A stretch of 64,000 bases of DNA, from assembly GCA_001465015.1 (NCBI GenBank), contig LNEO01000143.1:62864-126863 (forward strand), in the 5' to 3' direction. Position 1 is the stretch's first letter. Every line of letters begins with the position of its first letter. The DNA is from Deltaproteobacteria bacterium Ga0077539. Its GTDB lineage: Bacteria; Myxococcota_A; Polyangia; Polyangiales; Ga0077539. This document shows positions 37,542-46,448 of the stretch, piece after piece. Below the pieces are notes generated by a model. It was not told where the DNA came from. It ran no database searches and saw only the letters and a program-made list of their open reading frames with translations. The position numbers and the translations under genes are program-made.

Positions 37542-38890
37542 GGCGTGCCTCCGTCGTCGAACACGACGAGCGCAAATTCGCCTCGGTTGATCGCGGCGCG
37601 CGCCGTCACGCGCAGGCGTCGAGCGCGGTCGGCGCAAAACCACACGCGCGGTGTCGCGGTGCCCCCGGTGTCCGACGCGACGAGCGCGCCTCGCTCGTCC
37701 GAGAGCGCGAGCTCGACGGGCGTTCCTGCGGTTGCGACTCCCACCATCGCGCATTGGTGCTCGGCGAGCTCGAGCCGAAGGGTCAGGGGCGCGACGGTCG
37801 CGGCCACGCGCAGGAGCGTGTTGTTGTGGAAGAGCGATCGGCTCAGCGCTTCGCCGTGCAGCTCGAGCACGCCAGCGCGCACCTCGCCGACGATGTCTGG
37901 CGGCAGCGGCGCGCGTTCATCGAGCAGCAGCGATTGCAGCGCGAACCGCGCGCTGTGCCGGGTGCTGAGTCGCAGCTGGTAGGTTCCGCTGCGCACGACG
38001 CAGCCGCGAACGAGCGGATCGCGCTCGATCGTGCGGGGCGGTACCAGCGCGCGGCCGTCGGGATCGCGGAGCTCGAGCGTCAGCGGTTCGTTGTCAGCGT
38101 CGGTCGTGACGAGCACGCCGTAACAGCGACCCGCCTCGAGCTCGACGCGTTCGATCGTCGGAGAGCGGGCGTCGACTTCGCCCGTCACGGACTCGGTCAG
38201 CTGGCGGTAACCGAGCTGTGCGAGGCGGCTTCGGTGCCTCGCGAGCGCGTCGATCGCGAGCTCGACCGCCGGGTCTGCCCCGACCGCTGCGCGCGGCGTT
38301 CGCGGGCCGGTCAGGCTCCCGTCGCGCGCATCTCCCAACACACGCGCGAGATCGGGCGCGACCACGGGCGGCTGCGCGACCACGAGGAACACCAGCTGTC
38401 CTTGTCCCTCGATCGCACGCAACACGACCGAGAGGGACGTGTCGCCGCGGGTGCACAGGCGCAGGTACGGCGTGGCGTCATTGGCGTTTTCGCCCAGCAA
38501 AACGCCGGACGAATCGTGGACACGCAGCCCCACCTTTCGCAGCGCGCGCACCCCCACCGCGACGAACCCGAGGCACTGCGCGCGCCGCACGCGAACCGTG
38601 GAGATCCGCGCGTCGCCCGGAGGAACAAACGCGCTCCACTCAGTGTCGATCGCGCGACCTCCTCGCTCGCGAAACGCCTCGGCGACAGCGTCGACTCGAG
38701 TCCGCAGCGCCGCGGAAATGGGCTCGGCGTTGGCGAGGATGGCCGCTCGTCGGGGCGCGCCACCGCTCGACGCCTCGACCGGTAGCACCGATGGGGCGAC
38801 GCGATCTTCGCCTGTGACTTGCGCGGCGCGACACGCGACGAACGTGAGCGCCAGCAGGGCGAATGATCCGTGTGAGCGACGAAGAAACAC
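37538..38890 (-). CDS. Paralogous lipoprotein with about 3 Cys-paired PPC-like repeats
   Basis: Lipobox FVAC; CLGFVAV..LRVHDSSG..LRLC, CYGVLV..LELRDPDG..RGC, CAMVGV..LSDERG..WFC. Confidence 0.75.
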   Translation of the reverse strand: MFLRRSHGSFALLALTFVACRAAQVTGEDRVAPSVLPVEASSGGAPRRAAILANAEPISAALRTRVDAVAEAFRERGGRAIDTEWSAFVPPGDARISTVRVRRAQCLGFVAVGVRALRKVGLRVHDSSGVLLGENANDATPYLRLCTRGDTSLSVVLRAIEGQGQLVFLVVAQPPVVAPDLARVLGDARDGSLTGPRTPRAAVGADPAVELAIDALARHRSRLAQLGYRQLTESVTGEVDARSPTIERVELEAGRCYGVLVTTDADNEPLTLELRDPDGRALVPPRTIERDPLVRGCVVRSGTYQLRLSTRHSARFALQSLLLDERAPLPPDIVGEVRAGVLELHGEALSRSLFHNNTLLRVAATVAPLTLRLELAEHQCAMVGVATAGTPVELALSDERGALVASDTGGTATPRVWFCADRARRLRVTARAAINRGEFALVVFDDGGTP

Positions 38891-39009
38891 CGGGGACGAA
38901 TACCGAAGCGCTTTCTACCCGCGCGCATCGCGCACGGTCAATCGAAGCGCACCCCGCGCCTCGCGTTGCTTGACCGATCAACGCTGGCAATGCTCGACTG
39001 CGCGGTGAA

Positions 39010-39906
39010 ATGCGCGGTGAGCGGATCGTTTCGATACTCGCGTTGGTCGTTTCGACGGCGACCGTCGGCGAGGTTCGAGCGCAGAATCGGCCCGATGGCG
39101 GCTCGGCAGACGCGGGTAGCGTTGGCGCTGGGGTCGTCGACGGCGGCGCCAGCGCGGGCCCCGCCGCCTTTCGTCCCGCGGCGGGCGGGGCCGATCCGCG
39201 ATTTGCAACGCTCCCGGAGTTGACGTTTCGCGCGATCAACACCCGTGAGACGGTTCGCGCGAGGCTCTATCGCGCGGACGGGACGGTGGATCCGCAGGTC
39301 GTCGACCGCCTCTCGCGGCTGCTGAGAGACGTTCCGACGGGCGAGAACTCTCCGGTGGTCGTCCGGACGATTCAGCTGCTCGTGAAGATCGCGACGCACT
39401 TCGACGCGCGCGAGATCGAAGTTGTTTCGGCGTATCGAACCGGGCGGACGGCGAGCGGACGGCGTGTGCGTCGCGAGGGCTACCACGGCGTCGGGAGCGC
39501 GATCGACTTTCGGATTCCCACCGTCGAACCAGCGCTCGTGGCCGCGTTTGCCCGGACGTTTGCGCACGTGGGCGTCGGCTTGTATCCGCGGCTGGGGTTT
39601 GTGCATCTCGATTCGCGAGAGCAGTCGTTCTTCTGGGTGAACCGCGCAGGACGCAGCCACCACGGCTCGGACCGTGCGCTCGTTCGAGACGGCGTCGCCG
39701 ACCGCGAGCGCGCGTGGAGCGCGGAGGCCGACCTGCCCTGGGATCCCGCGGGGGTGACGATCACCCTCGACACCCACCTGCGAACGATTCCAGGCGCGCG
39801 TCACAGCCGGCACCACCGCCGTCGCAGACACCATCGCTCTCATCGCCGCCGCCATCTGCCACTGCATGTTTTTGGCGGCGCTCGATCCGACGCGGCCGCT
39901 CGCTGA
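39010..39906 (+). CDS. YcbK/DUF882 (peptidase M15A-like) secreted protein with His/Arg-rich tail
   Basis: Signal peptide; VVSAYR, YHGVGSAIDF, GVGLYP..FVHLD zinc ligands. Confidence 0.85.
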   Translation: MRGERIVSILALVVSTATVGEVRAQNRPDGGSADAGSVGAGVVDGGASAGPAAFRPAAGGADPRFATLPELTFRAINTRETVRARLYRADGTVDPQVVDRLSRLLRDVPTGENSPVVVRTIQLLVKIATHFDAREIEVVSAYRTGRTASGRRVRREGYHGVGSAIDFRIPTVEPALVAAFARTFAHVGVGLYPRLGFVHLDSREQSFFWVNRAGRSHHGSDRALVRDGVADRERAWSAEADLPWDPAGVTITLDTHLRTIPGARHSRHHRRRRHHRSHRRRHLPLHVFGGARSDAAAR

Positions 39907-39945
39907 ACCGCGACTCGAGCGCTCGTCGAGCCGCTCGCCGTCGAT

Positions 39946-41742
39946 TCAGAGCGGCGCCGCTGCGATCGATCCCTGGAGCACACGCCGCGCCGAAGGAAAC
40001 TCGCTCAGGTGAGCGCCGATCGCCGAGGACGCCTCGTTGAGCTCCTCGAAGATCGACGCGTTTTGCGCGCCAAACTCGCCGACGCGATCGCGGAGCGCGC
40101 CGATCTCGTGCTCGACCTCAGCGTTGAGCGCGCCGAGCCTTCCCTTGAGCTGGCTGACTTGAAAGCGAAGATCCTCGGCCCCTGCCGTGCGCGACTCTCG
40201 AAGCGAGTGGCACTCGGTGAGCTCGAGCTGCGCCTGACGCCACGCCGTCGCGCGGCGCGCCGCGGTCTCGACGGACTGGGCGGCCTCGACGGACGTCAAC
40301 GCGCCGTCGCCGACCATGCGCCGCGCGTCGTCCCAAGCCATCTTGAATTCTTGTGCGCTCTGTTCAGCGCGGTGCACCGCGCGATCGAGCCGGCGATTGA
40401 CCTCTTCGAGCTGGCGCTTGAGGGCGCTCTCGTCCCGAGACAGCTCGTCGAGCGCCCGGCCGATACGATCGCGCGCCCCGCTCGCGTCCGTCTCTCGCTC
40501 GGCGAGCTGCCGACCGAGCCGTTCGAGCTCGGACTCGATTCGTACGGCGCGATCGACGAGCGACTCGAATCGACCAAACTGGTTGGTGAGCCACTCGGGC
40601 GCGTCCTTTCGCGGGTACGCCAGCGCGATGGCTTCGCGAAACACCGTTCGACGCTCGACCCAATGCCGCGTACCAGCGGCCACTGCCGTCGGGTGCTCGG
40701 CTGCCTTCGGGCTCGAGTGTTGCTCGCCCGATCGCTCGTGCTCGATGCGAGCGAGGGCCTCGACGAACGCCTCCGCAGGGAGCGTGAGCGAGACCTGCGG
40801 TGTCGGCGAAGAGTTCGGCTCGGCGAAGAGCGCGAGCAGCGCCTGAAGCTCCTCGAGCAGGTGGTAGGCGTCTCGGTGGCGCTGCGCTGGATCCTTCGAC
40901 AGCAGCTTGGCGACCACGGCGTCGATTTCTGGTGGAATGCTCGGCACGTACTGCGACGGCGCGGGCGGCGTCGCCCGCAGGTGCTTCACGATCAGCTCTG
41001 CTGTCGAGCCCTCGAACGGCAGGCGCGTCGTGAGCATCTCGAACATCACCACGCCCAGCGCGTACAGGTCCGCTGCGGGACCGACGTTCGGCGCGCCACG
41101 CGCTTGTTCGGGTGAGAGGTACTCGGGCGTTCCGAAGACCGAGCCCGCGACGGTGAGACGCATCTCGTCGTTGACGCGAGCGAGCCCGAAATCGAGCAGC
41201 TTTGCGTGGGTCTTTCCGTCGCGCTGCGTGAGAAAGATGTTCTCTGGCTTCAGGTCGCGGTGGATCACCTCGAGCTCGTGCGCTCGAGCGAGGGCCCGGC
41301 AGACCTGCATGAGCAGCTCGAGCACCTCGCGCGGCGGCATCGGGCCGCGGGCGATCTTGTGATTGAGCGGCTCGCCTTCGAGCAGCTCCATCACGAGATA
41401 GACGAGCTTGCCCTCGTGTCCGTAGTCCGTGATGTCGACGATGTGCTCGTGCCGGATTCGGTTCGTCGCCCGGGCTTCCCGCAAGAATCGCTGGCGCTGC
41501 GTCTCATCGGACGCCAGGTCCGGCGCCAGAAACTTGATCGCGACCTTGCGTCCGAGCACGTCGTTCGACGCCCGATACACCGACGCCATTCCCCCGGCCC
41601 CGATCTTCGATTCGACGCGATATCGCCCGCCGATCGTTCGACCGATCAGCGGATCAGGCATGTCGACGAGCGGCGCTCCATCGACAGGACACGTCGTCGC
41701 GTGGCCCATCAATCGAAGACCGCACTGCGAGCAAACTTTCAC
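39946..41742 (-). CDS. Hanks-type Ser/Thr kinase with N-terminal Zn ribbon and C-terminal coiled coil
   Basis: CSQC..CPVDG; GAGGMA, VAIK, HRDLKPEN, DFG, GTPEYLSPEQ. Confidence 0.93.
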   Translation of the reverse strand: MKVCSQCGLRLMGHATTCPVDGAPLVDMPDPLIGRTIGGRYRVESKIGAGGMASVYRASNDVLGRKVAIKFLAPDLASDETQRQRFLREARATNRIRHEHIVDITDYGHEGKLVYLVMELLEGEPLNHKIARGPMPPREVLELLMQVCRALARAHELEVIHRDLKPENIFLTQRDGKTHAKLLDFGLARVNDEMRLTVAGSVFGTPEYLSPEQARGAPNVGPAADLYALGVVMFEMLTTRLPFEGSTAELIVKHLRATPPAPSQYVPSIPPEIDAVVAKLLSKDPAQRHRDAYHLLEELQALLALFAEPNSSPTPQVSLTLPAEAFVEALARIEHERSGEQHSSPKAAEHPTAVAAGTRHWVERRTVFREAIALAYPRKDAPEWLTNQFGRFESLVDRAVRIESELERLGRQLAERETDASGARDRIGRALDELSRDESALKRQLEEVNRRLDRAVHRAEQSAQEFKMAWDDARRMVGDGALTSVEAAQSVETAARRATAWRQAQLELTECHSLRESRTAGAEDLRFQVSQLKGRLGALNAEVEHEIGALRDRVGEFGAQNASIFEELNEASSAIGAHLSEFPSARRVLQGSIAAAPL

Positions 41743-41831
41743 GGACCACCTCGGGTGCGCATCGCTTGAACGCGAGGGATCGTACGCCAACCGCCGCTCT
41801 CGGCGCAGCAATCCGCGGGATGCGTCATTGC

Positions 41832-41860
41832 TTGACAGGTCTTCCGGCGTTTTTCATAAG
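41832..41860 (+). promoter_or_regulatory. Candidate sigma70-type promoter of the cysK-to-JAMM operon
   Basis: TTGACA, 17 nt spacer, CATAAG, ending 13 nt before GTG 41874; no clear Shine-Dalgarno. Confidence 0.55.
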
Positions 41861-41873
41861 CAACACCCTCCCC

Positions 41874-42824
41874 GTGGCGATCGTCGAGAACCTGCTCGAG
41901 CTGGTTGGAAGCACGAGCCTGCTCAAGTTGCGCACCGTGAGCGAGCGCGGCTGCGCTGAGCTTTGGGTCAAGCTCGAGCAGCAAAACCCTGGCGGAAGCG
42001 TAAAAGACCGGATCGCTCTGGCGATGCTCGATCGCGCCGAACGCGAGGGACGCCTCGCGAAAGGCGGCACGGTCATCGAGCCGACCAGCGGAAATACAGG
42101 CATCGGACTCGCCCTCGCATGTGCGGTCAAGGGCTACAAGCTGGTGCTCACGATGCCCGAGAGCATGAGCCTCGAGCGCCGCGCCCTCTTGAGCGCCTAC
42201 GGGGCCGAGCTGGTGCTGACGCCAGAGCAGCTGCAAATGGACGGGGCGATCGCCCGTGCAAACGAGCTCGCCGCCGAACGAGAAGGCGCTTTCGTGCCGT
42301 CGCAGTTTCGAAACACGGCCAACCCCGACTCTCACGAACAGCACACCGGACCCGAGATCGTCCGCGCTCTCGGCGGCGCCCCGGACGCCTTCGTCGCTGG
42401 CGTCGGAACGGGCGGAACGATCAGCGGCGTCGGTCGATTCTTTCGAGCCAGCGGATTCGCCACGCGCATGGTCGCGGTCGAGCCCGAGTCCTGCCCGACG
42501 CTGTCGCGCGGTGAGCGCGGACCGACCAAGATCCAGGGAATCGGCGCTGGTTTCGTCCCCGACAACCTCGATCGCTCGGTCGTGCACGAGGTGCGAACCG
42601 TGTCCGACGACCGCGCGTGGGAGACCAAGGTCCGCCTCGCTCGATCCGAAGGGCTGCTCGTCGGGATCTCCGCGGGAGCAAACGTCGCCGTCGCGTTGGA
42701 CGTCGCGCGCGACCTCGGTGAAGGAAAGCGCGTCGTCACCGTGCTCTGCGATACGGGCGAGCGCTACTTCTCGCTCGCGGCCCACTTCGATGCCGCCCTC
42801 GCGGATCGAGCTCCTTCGCGATGA
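41874..42824 (+). CDS. cysK: Cysteine synthase A (O-acetylserine sulfhydrylase)
   Basis: NPGGSVKDR, EPTSGNTGIGLA, GVGTGGT, IQGIGAGFVP, GISAGA, DTGERY. Confidence 0.93.
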   Translation: MAIVENLLELVGSTSLLKLRTVSERGCAELWVKLEQQNPGGSVKDRIALAMLDRAEREGRLAKGGTVIEPTSGNTGIGLALACAVKGYKLVLTMPESMSLERRALLSAYGAELVLTPEQLQMDGAIARANELAAEREGAFVPSQFRNTANPDSHEQHTGPEIVRALGGAPDAFVAGVGTGGTISGVGRFFRASGFATRMVAVEPESCPTLSRGERGPTKIQGIGAGFVPDNLDRSVVHEVRTVSDDRAWETKVRLARSEGLLVGISAGANVAVALDVARDLGEGKRVVTVLCDTGERYFSLAAHFDAALADRAPSR

Positions 42825-43537
42825 GCGCCAACGTCCTGCTCGTGGGCGTCGGGGGTATCGGTCATCCGTGCGCCCTCGCCCTCGCGACGCGGGAGGACAT
42901 CCGACTCACGCTGCTCGATGACGATCGCGTCGAGCGCACGAATCTCCACCGATTGCTCGCGTTCGACGAGCAGCACGTCGGTCGAACCAAGGCCGAAGCC
43001 CTCGCCGATCACGTCGAGCGATCGCTCGGCGCGCGCCGGCCCGAGGTGATCGTCGATCGCGCCTCGCCGGACACCGTGGCCGATTTGGTCGATCGCGCCG
43101 ACGTAGTCGTCGAAGGCAGCGACAATTTCGCGACGAAGTTCCTCGTGGCCGACGCCTGCGCCCTGGCGAACAAGCGGTCGGTGCACGGCTCCGCCGTTGG
43201 CTGGACCGGCACCGTTCTGTCCGTCGTTCCGTCGAAGAGCGCGTGCTACCGGTGCGTGTTCGAGGACGTTCCGGACGGCGAAGCTGTGGACTGCGCAACC
43301 GCAGGGGTATTCGCCGCCGTCACGTCGATGATCGGCGCTGTCATGGCCAGCCACGTCCGCTGGATGCTCCGACCCGACGCCGAACAGGAGGCGAAGCTGT
43401 CGCACTTCGACGCGACAACTGGCATGTTTCGGCACCGAACCATGAAGAGAAGACCGGACTGCGCGCTCTGTCGCGAGGCTCGCGTCATCACGGCGATCGA
43501 CGCGAGCCGGTATTCAGCGCCGCTCTGCTCGCACTAA
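42821..43537 (+). CDS. moeB: ThiF/MoeB-family E1 adenylyltransferase lacking the N-terminal RYxRQ segment and any rhodanese domain
   Basis: GVGGIG, DDDRVERTNLHR, GSDNF, CYRC, DCATAGV, CALC; starts at the first strand; ATGA-coupled to cysK. Confidence 0.88.
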   Translation: MSANVLLVGVGGIGHPCALALATREDIRLTLLDDDRVERTNLHRLLAFDEQHVGRTKAEALADHVERSLGARRPEVIVDRASPDTVADLVDRADVVVEGSDNFATKFLVADACALANKRSVHGSAVGWTGTVLSVVPSKSACYRCVFEDVPDGEAVDCATAGVFAAVTSMIGAVMASHVRWMLRPDAEQEAKLSHFDATTGMFRHRTMKRRPDCALCREARVITAIDASRYSAPLCSH

Positions 43538-43555
43538 CCGGAGACCATTTCTTCC

Positions 43556-43831
43556 ATGACCATCTCGATCCGCATCCCTGCAAACCTCCGCACGCTGACC
43601 CAGGCGAAAGAAGAAGTCACCGTCGACGGCGCGACCGTTCGCGCAGCGCTCGCTGACCTCGACGCGAGGTATCCGGGCTTCAACGACCGCCTGCTCGACG
43701 CCAAGGGACTGAAGCGCTTCATGAACGTCTACCTCGGCGACGAGGACATCCGCTTCCTCGACGGGCTCGACACGCCGGTCAAGGACGGAGACTCGCTCAC
43801 GATCGTCCCCGCGATCGCTGGCGGCCGTTGA
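43556..43831 (+). CDS. cysO: MoaD/ThiS/CysO ubiquitin-like sulfur carrier ending GG-R
   Basis: IPANLRTLT, NVYLGDEDIRFLDGLDTPVKDGD, IVPAIAGGR*; GGAG upstream. Confidence 0.9.
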   Translation: MTISIRIPANLRTLTQAKEEVTVDGATVRAALADLDARYPGFNDRLLDAKGLKRFMNVYLGDEDIRFLDGLDTPVKDGDSLTIVPAIAGGR

Positions 43832-43852
43832 AGCGAGGCGGCGTTCTCTCGC

Positions 43853-44224
43853 ATGGACTACGAGCGATACGGTCGGCAGATCGCGCTCGCTGAGCTCGGC
43901 GTCGACGGGCAGGCGAAGCTCGCCTCGCGTGCCGTTCGCTTCGTCGGAGAGCCCGCCGTCGTCGAGCTCGCCCAACGCCTCTGGACCCACGCGGGCGGCG
44001 TGTTGCCAAACGCGAATGCAGCCCCGAACGACCCCGACTCGCGCGTCGTCGAGATCGCGGTTGAGCGAGTGTCCGCTGGCGATGCGCCGGCCGCCATGGC
44101 GTCGGCCTCGTGGGCCGCCCTCGCAGCGATGCGCGCGCTGCTCGGCTGGCCTGCGCACACGCCCTCGAAGGACCTCGCCGCGCTCTTTTCGGGAGATCGA
44201 CAAGAGGAGCACACCTCGCCATGA
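43853..44224 (+). CDS. Short, catalytically degenerate ThiF/MoeB-like protein (putative E1 partner subunit)
   Basis: YERYGRQIALAELGVDGQAKL matches the MoeB N-terminus; no GxGxxG, NLxR or CxxC; ends in a helix like MoeB's C-terminal helix; ATGA-coupled to cysM. Confidence 0.75.
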   Translation: MDYERYGRQIALAELGVDGQAKLASRAVRFVGEPAVVELAQRLWTHAGGVLPNANAAPNDPDSRVVEIAVERVSAGDAPAAMASASWAALAAMRALLGWPAHTPSKDLAALFSGDRQEEHTSP

Positions 44225-45162
44225 CCGCTTTTGTTCGACCTGCGCGCCTCGACTCCATCGTCGACGCGATCGGCAACACACCCCTGCTCCGCCTGCGAAG
44301 CCTCGAGCCAGAAGGCGTGGAGATCTACGGCAAGCTCGAGTTCATGAACCCCGGCGGATCCGTGAAGGACCGCGCGGCGCGGCAGATCTTTCTGGACGCG
44401 ATCGCCCGAGGCGACCTGACCAAGGACAAGGTCCTCATCGACTCGACCTCGGGCAACACCGGCGTCGCGTACTCGCTCATGGGCGCGGCGCTCGGCTATC
44501 GCGTCGCGCTCGTCATGCCGAAGAACGTCTCGCAGGCGCGTAAGGACATCACGCGCGGCTTCGGGACCGAGCTCGTCTACTCCGATCCGCTCGAAGGATC
44601 AGACGGAGCCATTCGGCTGGTTCGCGAGATCGTCAGCAAAAATCCAGAGAAATACTACTACCCAGACCAGTACTCCAACGCCTCGAACTGGCGCGGTCAC
44701 TACCTCGGCACCGCGCCGGAGATCCTCGCGGACGTCGGCGATCGACTCACGCACTTCGTCACAGGTCTGGGAACCTCGGGGACGATGATGGGGGTCACTC
44801 GAAGGCTGAAAGAGCACTCGCGTCCGATCACGTGCTTCGCCATGGAGCCAGCGGAGGCCGCGCACGGGCTCGAGGGTCTCAAGCACATGGACAGCTCGAT
44901 CGTTCCGCCGATCTATGATCGCTCGATCCACGATGGAACGGTGACGGTCGACACCGACGCCGGTTGGGACATGTCCGATCGACTCGTCGCCGAGCTCGGA
45001 CTGCACGTCGGTCACTCCGCGGGAGCCAACGTGTTCGCCGCCTGGCGGCTCGCAAAGGAGCTGCACGCGCGCGGCGAACGGGGCTGCGTCGTGACCATCC
45101 TGTGCGATCGCGGAGATCGCTATTTCGCGCCCATGAAATGGGAGAAGCAGTACCGCTGGTAG
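44221..45162 (+). CDS. cysM: Second PLP cysteine synthase, CysM-type (probably carrier-protein dependent)
   Basis: NPGGSVKDR, STSGNTG, DQYSN, GLGTSGT, GLEGLKHM, CDRGDRY. Confidence 0.88.
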   Translation: MTAFVRPARLDSIVDAIGNTPLLRLRSLEPEGVEIYGKLEFMNPGGSVKDRAARQIFLDAIARGDLTKDKVLIDSTSGNTGVAYSLMGAALGYRVALVMPKNVSQARKDITRGFGTELVYSDPLEGSDGAIRLVREIVSKNPEKYYYPDQYSNASNWRGHYLGTAPEILADVGDRLTHFVTGLGTSGTMMGVTRRLKEHSRPITCFAMEPAEAAHGLEGLKHMDSSIVPPIYDRSIHDGTVTVDTDAGWDMSDRLVAELGLHVGHSAGANVFAAWRLAKELHARGERGCVVTILCDRGDRYFAPMKWEKQYRW

Positions 45163-45186
45163 CCTCGCAAACAAGGAGCTCAGTCG

Positions 45187-45678
45187 ATGAACGAACACCC
45201 ATGGCTTGCTGACGCGCTCGAGATCGACCGAGCTGTCCTCGACGACGTCGACGCCCATTCGGTCGCCGAATACCCCAACGAATCGTGCGGCTTTCTCGTG
45301 GGTCCCGCGTCGACGCCGGCCGTGATCGACCAGTCGATTCGCGCCGTCAACCTCGCAGACAAGTATCACAAGGCCGACCCCGAGACCTTTCCTCGCACCG
45401 CGCGCGAGTACTACACGATCGACGCGCGCGTGATTCAGCGCACGTTCGAAGCCGGCGTTCGAGACGCGCGGCCTGTGAAGCTCATCTACCACTCGCACTG
45501 CGACTGCGGCGCGTACTTCTCGAAGACCGATCAAGACGCGGCCGCGCCCGACGGACAGCTCGCGTACCCGGTCGCGTTTCTCGTCACCAGCGTCCTCGAA
45601 GGAAAGGTCGCCGACCGAAAGGTCTTCACCCTGCGCGACGGACGTTGGGACGAGCTGCCGTTTACCGTTCGCGGCTGA
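45187..45678 (+). CDS. mec: JAMM/MPN+ metalloprotease (Mec+-like)
   Basis: YPNESCG ... YHSHCDCGAYFSKTD = E..HxH-x7-S-x2-D. Confidence 0.9.
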   Translation: MNEHPWLADALEIDRAVLDDVDAHSVAEYPNESCGFLVGPASTPAVIDQSIRAVNLADKYHKADPETFPRTAREYYTIDARVIQRTFEAGVRDARPVKLIYHSHCDCGAYFSKTDQDAAAPDGQLAYPVAFLVTSVLEGKVADRKVFTLRDGRWDELPFTVRG

Positions 45679-45713
45679 GCGCGAGCGCCCTTCACGCGAT
45701 GGTCGCTGCGCTC

Positions 45714-46448
45714 TCAGTCCATTCCCAAGAACGCGCGCGTCCGCGGGTCTTTCGGCGACCCGAGCACCTCGTGCGGCGCGCCTCGCTCGACGATCGATCC
45801 GCCGTGCAGGACGCACACTTCGTCGCTGATCGCGCGGACGAAGGACATCTCGTGGCTGACGATCACCAGCGCGAGCCCCTCGCTCACGATCGCCTTCAGC
45901 AGCTCGGTGACGTCTTGAACGCGCTCTGGATCGAGCGCGCTCGTCGGCTCGTCCATGAGCAACACTTCGGGCTTCATCGCGAGCGCCCTCGCGATCGCGA
46001 CGCGCTGCTGCTGCCCGCCCGAGAGCTCGTGCGGATACTTCGCGCCGTGCTCCTCCATGCCCACCTTCGCGAGAAGCTGCGCCGCGTGCTCGGTGGCGTG
46101 CTTCACTGACTCGCCGCGGACGTGGACGGGCGCCTCGATGATGTTTCCGACCGCGGTGCGATGGGCGAAGAGGTTCCACTGCTGAAACACGAACCCGACC
46201 CGTCCGCGGAGCCTCGCGAGCATCGCGCGATTGTGCCGCTCTCCTCCCGCGCGAATCGTCACGCCAGAAATCGTAATCGAGCCGCTGTCGAAGGACTCGA
46301 GGCCGTTGAGGCAGCGCAAGAGCGTCGTCTTGCCTCCGCCGGATGGACCGACGAGGGACACCACGGATTTCGCGGCGAACGTCGCGGTGATTCCGTTGAG
46401 CACCGTTCGGTCGCCGAAGGCCTTCGTCACTGTGTCGAGCTCGATCAT
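45714..46448 (-). CDS. Polar amino-acid ABC transporter ATP-binding subunit
   Basis: GPSGGGKT, LSGGQQQRVAIARAL, DEPTSALDPE. Confidence 0.95.
   Translation of the reverse strand: MIELDTVTKAFGDRTVLNGITATFAAKSVVSLVGPSGGGKTTLLRCLNGLESFDSGSITISGVTIRAGGERHNRAMLARLRGRVGFVFQQWNLFAHRTAVGNIIEAPVHVRGESVKHATEHAAQLLAKVGMEEHGAKYPHELSGGQQQRVAIARALAMKPEVLLMDEPTSALDPERVQDVTELLKAIVSEGLALVIVSHEMSFVRAISDEVCVLHGGSIVERGAPHEVLGSPKDPRTRAFLGMD

Noticed and set aside
42821..45678. E1 + Ubl + JAMM as an anti-phage system (Bil, Bub, CBASS type II)
   Set aside because: No E2 or CD-NTase; flanking cysteine synthases indicate sulfur metabolism.
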